Assembly: GCA_016200255.1 (NCBI GenBank) | Contig: JACQFA010000002.1 | Location: 3,807 to 67,806 of the forward strand | Source: Nitrospirota bacterium | GTDB taxonomy: Bacteria > Nitrospirota > Nitrospiria > JACQBZ01 | Reading direction: 5' to 3' | Length of the DNA: 64,000 bases | In this document: piece after piece, positions 61,435 to 64,000 of the stretch | Position numbering within the stretch: position 1 is the first letter of the stretch | Layout: each line of letters starts with the position of its first letter | Program-made: the position numbers and the translations under genes | The notes under the pieces: generated by a model | Database searches by the model: none | What the model was told of the DNA's origin: nothing | The model's input: the letters and a program-made list of their open reading frames with translations, nothing else

Positions 61435-63123
61435 ATGAAAATCATGTCGATTGGTTTCCAAATACGGGTATGGTGGGCGGGCATTACGGGTCTATTGGCG
61501 ATCCTGATGATCGCCGGGGGCTGCGCGCGCCAAACATTTCAGGATCTCCAGTCTCCCGCGACCGTCCGGAGCCTGATCAAGACCCAGATTCCGGCTCCGG
61601 ACGCAACGGGCGTCACCTTGAACTCCGCGATTCAGGTGGTGTTTGAAAAGGGGATGGACCCGACCACGATCAACAATCTTTCGTTTTATGTCGAGGATGG
61701 GGGGGGCAATAAAGTCGCCGGAAACGCCACCTATGTCACCGGCAGCCGCACCGCCCAGTTCACCGCGACCACCGGATTCAGTTATCTGACCGCGTATACC
61801 GCCACGATGACGACTGCGGTGAAGGATCCGCAGGGCAATCCTCTGACGGCGCCGGTCGTCTGGAGTTTTACGACCGAAAAGATTCCGCTGACCATCGGTG
61901 CCAACATCCGTATTTCGGATTATACCCTCGCCTCCGTCCCAGCGGGTTCGTATTCATCGGGGCAATGCAGTCTGGCCTGGTCGGGAGGGACCCTTTATGC
62001 CGTTTGGTATGACAATCGAATGGACATCACCTCCGCTCATATTTATTTTACGAAGAGCACCGATGGGGGATTGACCTTCGGTCCCAACGTGAAGGTGGAC
62101 GACGACACGACCACGACGAACCACGAATATCCCTGCATAACCCTGGATTCCCAGGGAAACGTATATGTGGTGTGGGACGACCAGCGGGGCGGCACCGATA
62201 CGGGATACGATGTCTACGTTGCAAAGAGCACAGACGGGGGCGCCATATTTGGTCCCAGCGTCAAGGTCAATCATGACGGGACCCCATACGATCAGAACAC
62301 GGCCAGCATTGCGGTGGGCGCCGACGGCACGATCTATGTGGCCTGGAAAGACTACAGGACTCCGATCCTGGACAGCAAAGGTCAACCGACCAATGCCGAC
62401 ATTTTTGCCTCCACCAGCACGGACGGCGGACAGACCTTTTCCGCGGAGGTCAAGGTCAACGACAATACGGTAACGGCCCTACAGAGCCACCCGTCGATCG
62501 GTGTAGACTCGGTCGGAAAAATCTATCTGGTCTGGACCGACCAGCGCAATCTGGCCGTCAACGGCACAAACGGGGATATCTATTTTTCGGTTGGGACATT
62601 CAACGGATCGATTTGGTCTTTCGGCAAGAATATTCTGATCAATGACGACACGGTTTATGCCAACCAGCATGACCCCAGTCTCCGGATCGGACCGGCGGAC
62701 GAAATCCTGATCGCCTGGGCGGATCATCGAAACGGCGGAAACTCCGACATCTATTTTTCAAAAAGCACCGACGGCGGAGCGACCTTCAGCGCCAACCTTG
62801 GGGTGGACCTCGTCTTTACGGGGGGGCAGGATGTCCCGAGCCTGGCCGTGAATGCCTCCGGAAAGATCATCGTGACCTGGCAAAACTCGATTCCGACAGG
62901 GGTCGGGAAACAGGCACTTCTCGATATTAAAGCCGCCACCAGCACCGATGAAGGCGCATCGTTTCATACCGGAGTATTGGTGAACGACGACACCAACTCA
63001 GCCGCACAGCGCCAGGCGAATGTGGCGATCGATGACAGCGGCCAGGTCTATATGTTCTGGGCGGATGATCGAAACGGCGTCGGGAGCGGGAATTTTGATA
63101 TCTATTTTGCGATCGGGCAATAA
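61435..63123 (+). CDS. secreted/lipoprotein with Ig-like (SbsA/Big_5-type) domain and BNR/Asp-box beta-propeller
   Basis: There is a possible lipobox 'IAGGC'. The Ig-like segment reads 'PDATGVTLNSAIQVVFEKGMDP..'. Five clear Asp-boxes are present: 'STDGGLTF','STDGGAIF','STDGGQTF','STDGGATF','STDEGASF'. Confidence 0.8.
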   Translation: MKIMSIGFQIRVWWAGITGLLAILMIAGGCARQTFQDLQSPATVRSLIKTQIPAPDATGVTLNSAIQVVFEKGMDPTTINNLSFYVEDGGGNKVAGNATYVTGSRTAQFTATTGFSYLTAYTATMTTAVKDPQGNPLTAPVVWSFTTEKIPLTIGANIRISDYTLASVPAGSYSSGQCSLAWSGGTLYAVWYDNRMDITSAHIYFTKSTDGGLTFGPNVKVDDDTTTTNHEYPCITLDSQGNVYVVWDDQRGGTDTGYDVYVAKSTDGGAIFGPSVKVNHDGTPYDQNTASIAVGADGTIYVAWKDYRTPILDSKGQPTNADIFASTSTDGGQTFSAEVKVNDNTVTALQSHPSIGVDSVGKIYLVWTDQRNLAVNGTNGDIYFSVGTFNGSIWSFGKNILINDDTVYANQHDPSLRIGPADEILIAWADHRNGGNSDIYFSKSTDGGATFSANLGVDLVFTGGQDVPSLAVNASGKIIVTWQNSIPTGVGKQALLDIKAATSTDEGASFHTGVLVNDDTNSAAQRQANVAIDDSGQVYMFWADDRNGVGSGNFDIYFAIGQ

Positions 63124-63229
63124 CGCTGTGAAGATCCATGCCGATTGCCGACATTATCGCGGAGACATTCCCTGCGAGCCGCACAAGCGGGAGGGAGTGC
63201 ATTGCGAAGGGTGTTCCCATTATAGGCCG

Positions 63230-64000
63230 GTGACCCGTCGCGTCCTGATCATCAAGCTGGGCGCCATCGGCGATGTGATCCGAACGACGCCGCTGCTCAG
63301 CCGATTGAAGGCGCTCGATCCGGACTGTGAAGTCAGCTGGCTGACGCACACCCCGGACATTCTTCCCCGCCTTGTGGACCGTGTCTATCCGTTCACCCTG
63401 TCCAGCATTGTTGCGCTGCAGGGCATGTCGTTTGACGTCCTCTACAATCTGGACAAGGACCGGGAGGCCTGCGGTCTCGCGATGCAGATTGCGGCCCAAC
63501 AGAAGATCGGCTTCGGGCTTGAAAACGGCAAGTGCGTTCCGTTGAATGACGCGGCCCGCGAAAAATGGCTGACCGGTCTCTTCGATGACGTCAGCCGTGA
63601 TAATAAAAAGAGTTACCAACAGGAAATCTTTGAGATTTGCGGATGGACGTTCTCCGGAGAAGACTATCTTTTAGAAAAGCCCGTCGGCAACCTGTGGCCG
63701 ATCCCGCATCGGAAGCCGGTGGTGGGACTGAATACCGGATGCGGTGCGCGCTGGTCGTCGCGGTTGTGGCCCGAAAAATCCTGGGCGCTTCTGGCCCGGC
63801 GGTTGAAGAAGGCCGGTTTTACCGTCATCCTGCTGGGCGGGCCGGACGAGCATGAACGGAACCGGCGGCTGGCCAAAGCCAGCGGGGCGAAATATCTGGG
63901 ACATTTTCCGCTGGACCGGTTCATCGGTCTGGTGGATCAATGCGATCTAGTCGTCACGGCCGTGACGATGGCGATGCATCTGGCGATCGGGTTGAAGAAA
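63230..64000 (+). CDS. GT9-family glycosyltransferase (heptosyltransferase-like), 3' end beyond the window
   Basis: This is not in the ORF track because there is no stop before the window end. My translation from the GTG at 63230 is VTRRVLIIKLGAIGDVIRTTPLLSRLKALDPDCEVSWLT..GLNTGCGARWSSRLWP..ILLGGPDE..LVVTAVTMAMHLAIGLKK. The start could also be the GTG at 63197 or 63128. Confidence 0.7.
   Translation, partial: MTRRVLIIKLGAIGDVIRTTPLLSRLKALDPDCEVSWLTHTPDILPRLVDRVYPFTLSSIVALQGMSFDVLYNLDKDREACGLAMQIAAQQKIGFGLENGKCVPLNDAAREKWLTGLFDDVSRDNKKSYQQEIFEICGWTFSGEDYLLEKPVGNLWPIPHRKPVVGLNTGCGARWSSRLWPEKSWALLARRLKKAGFTVILLGGPDEHERNRRLAKASGAKYLGHFPLDRFIGLVDQCDLVVTAVTMAMHLAIGLKK

Noticed and set aside
1-64000. 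CRISPR arrays, IS elements, prophage, toxin-antitoxin or classical defence systems
   Set aside because: Reading both strands, I found no regularly spaced direct repeats, transposase or integrase motifs, phage structural genes or recognisable defence-gene signatures. The only notable repeat is the 110-bp pair reported above.

Overview
This is a visibly GC-rich chromosomal segment from a diderm (Gram-negative-type) bacterium. I call about 62 protein genes and 2 tRNAs. I recognised no rRNA, CRISPR array, transposase, integrase or phage genes. All functional calls come from motif and family recognition by eye on the supplied translations and raw sequence; no database search or computation was possible.

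Layout:
(i) 1-8.3 kb: minus-strand redox/detox genes (qor, a frameshifted second MDR reductase, NmrA-like, pirin, FMN reductase). These are followed by a compact operon of Rieske / ferredoxin-thioredoxin-reductase-catalytic-subunit-like / glutaredoxin-like / Rieske genes.
(ii) 8.5-16.9 kb: an RND tripartite efflux operon led by three small ORFs (Zn-ribbon, mini membrane protein, STAS). It sits under a near-consensus sigma-54 -24/-12 promoter, with palindromic upstream sites and a GAF-AAA+ sigma-54 activator immediately upstream. The whole module is bracketed by a ~110-bp imperfect direct repeat.
(iii) 17-35 kb: miscellaneous genes, including a signal-less HtrA-like protease, a 1438-aa Lhr helicase, a beta-CASP exonuclease, ComF, TrmO, CstA, PilZ, an M48-TPR protease, tRNA-Cys and tRNA-Leu.
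(iv) 35.6-60.3 kb: directly after tRNA-Leu lies one ~25-kb co-directional, tightly packed 18-gene locus, which I consider the most unusual part of the window. It combines an APS kinase with a PHP-family pAp-phosphatase-like gene and three alkaline-phosphatase-superfamily paralogs. It also holds two flavin-dependent-halogenase-like domains, one fused in-frame to an MFS permease. A PltE/PltF/PltL-like set (acyl-CoA-dehydrogenase-like, stand-alone adenylation enzyme, carrier protein) sits next to them. An orphan membrane-fusion protein plus TolC pair and glycan-assembly genes (LbH acyltransferase, GT4, flippase, large GT-C) complete the locus.
(v) 60.3-64 kb: secreted glycosidase-like and BNR/Asp-box proteins, and a truncated GT9 heptosyltransferase-like gene.
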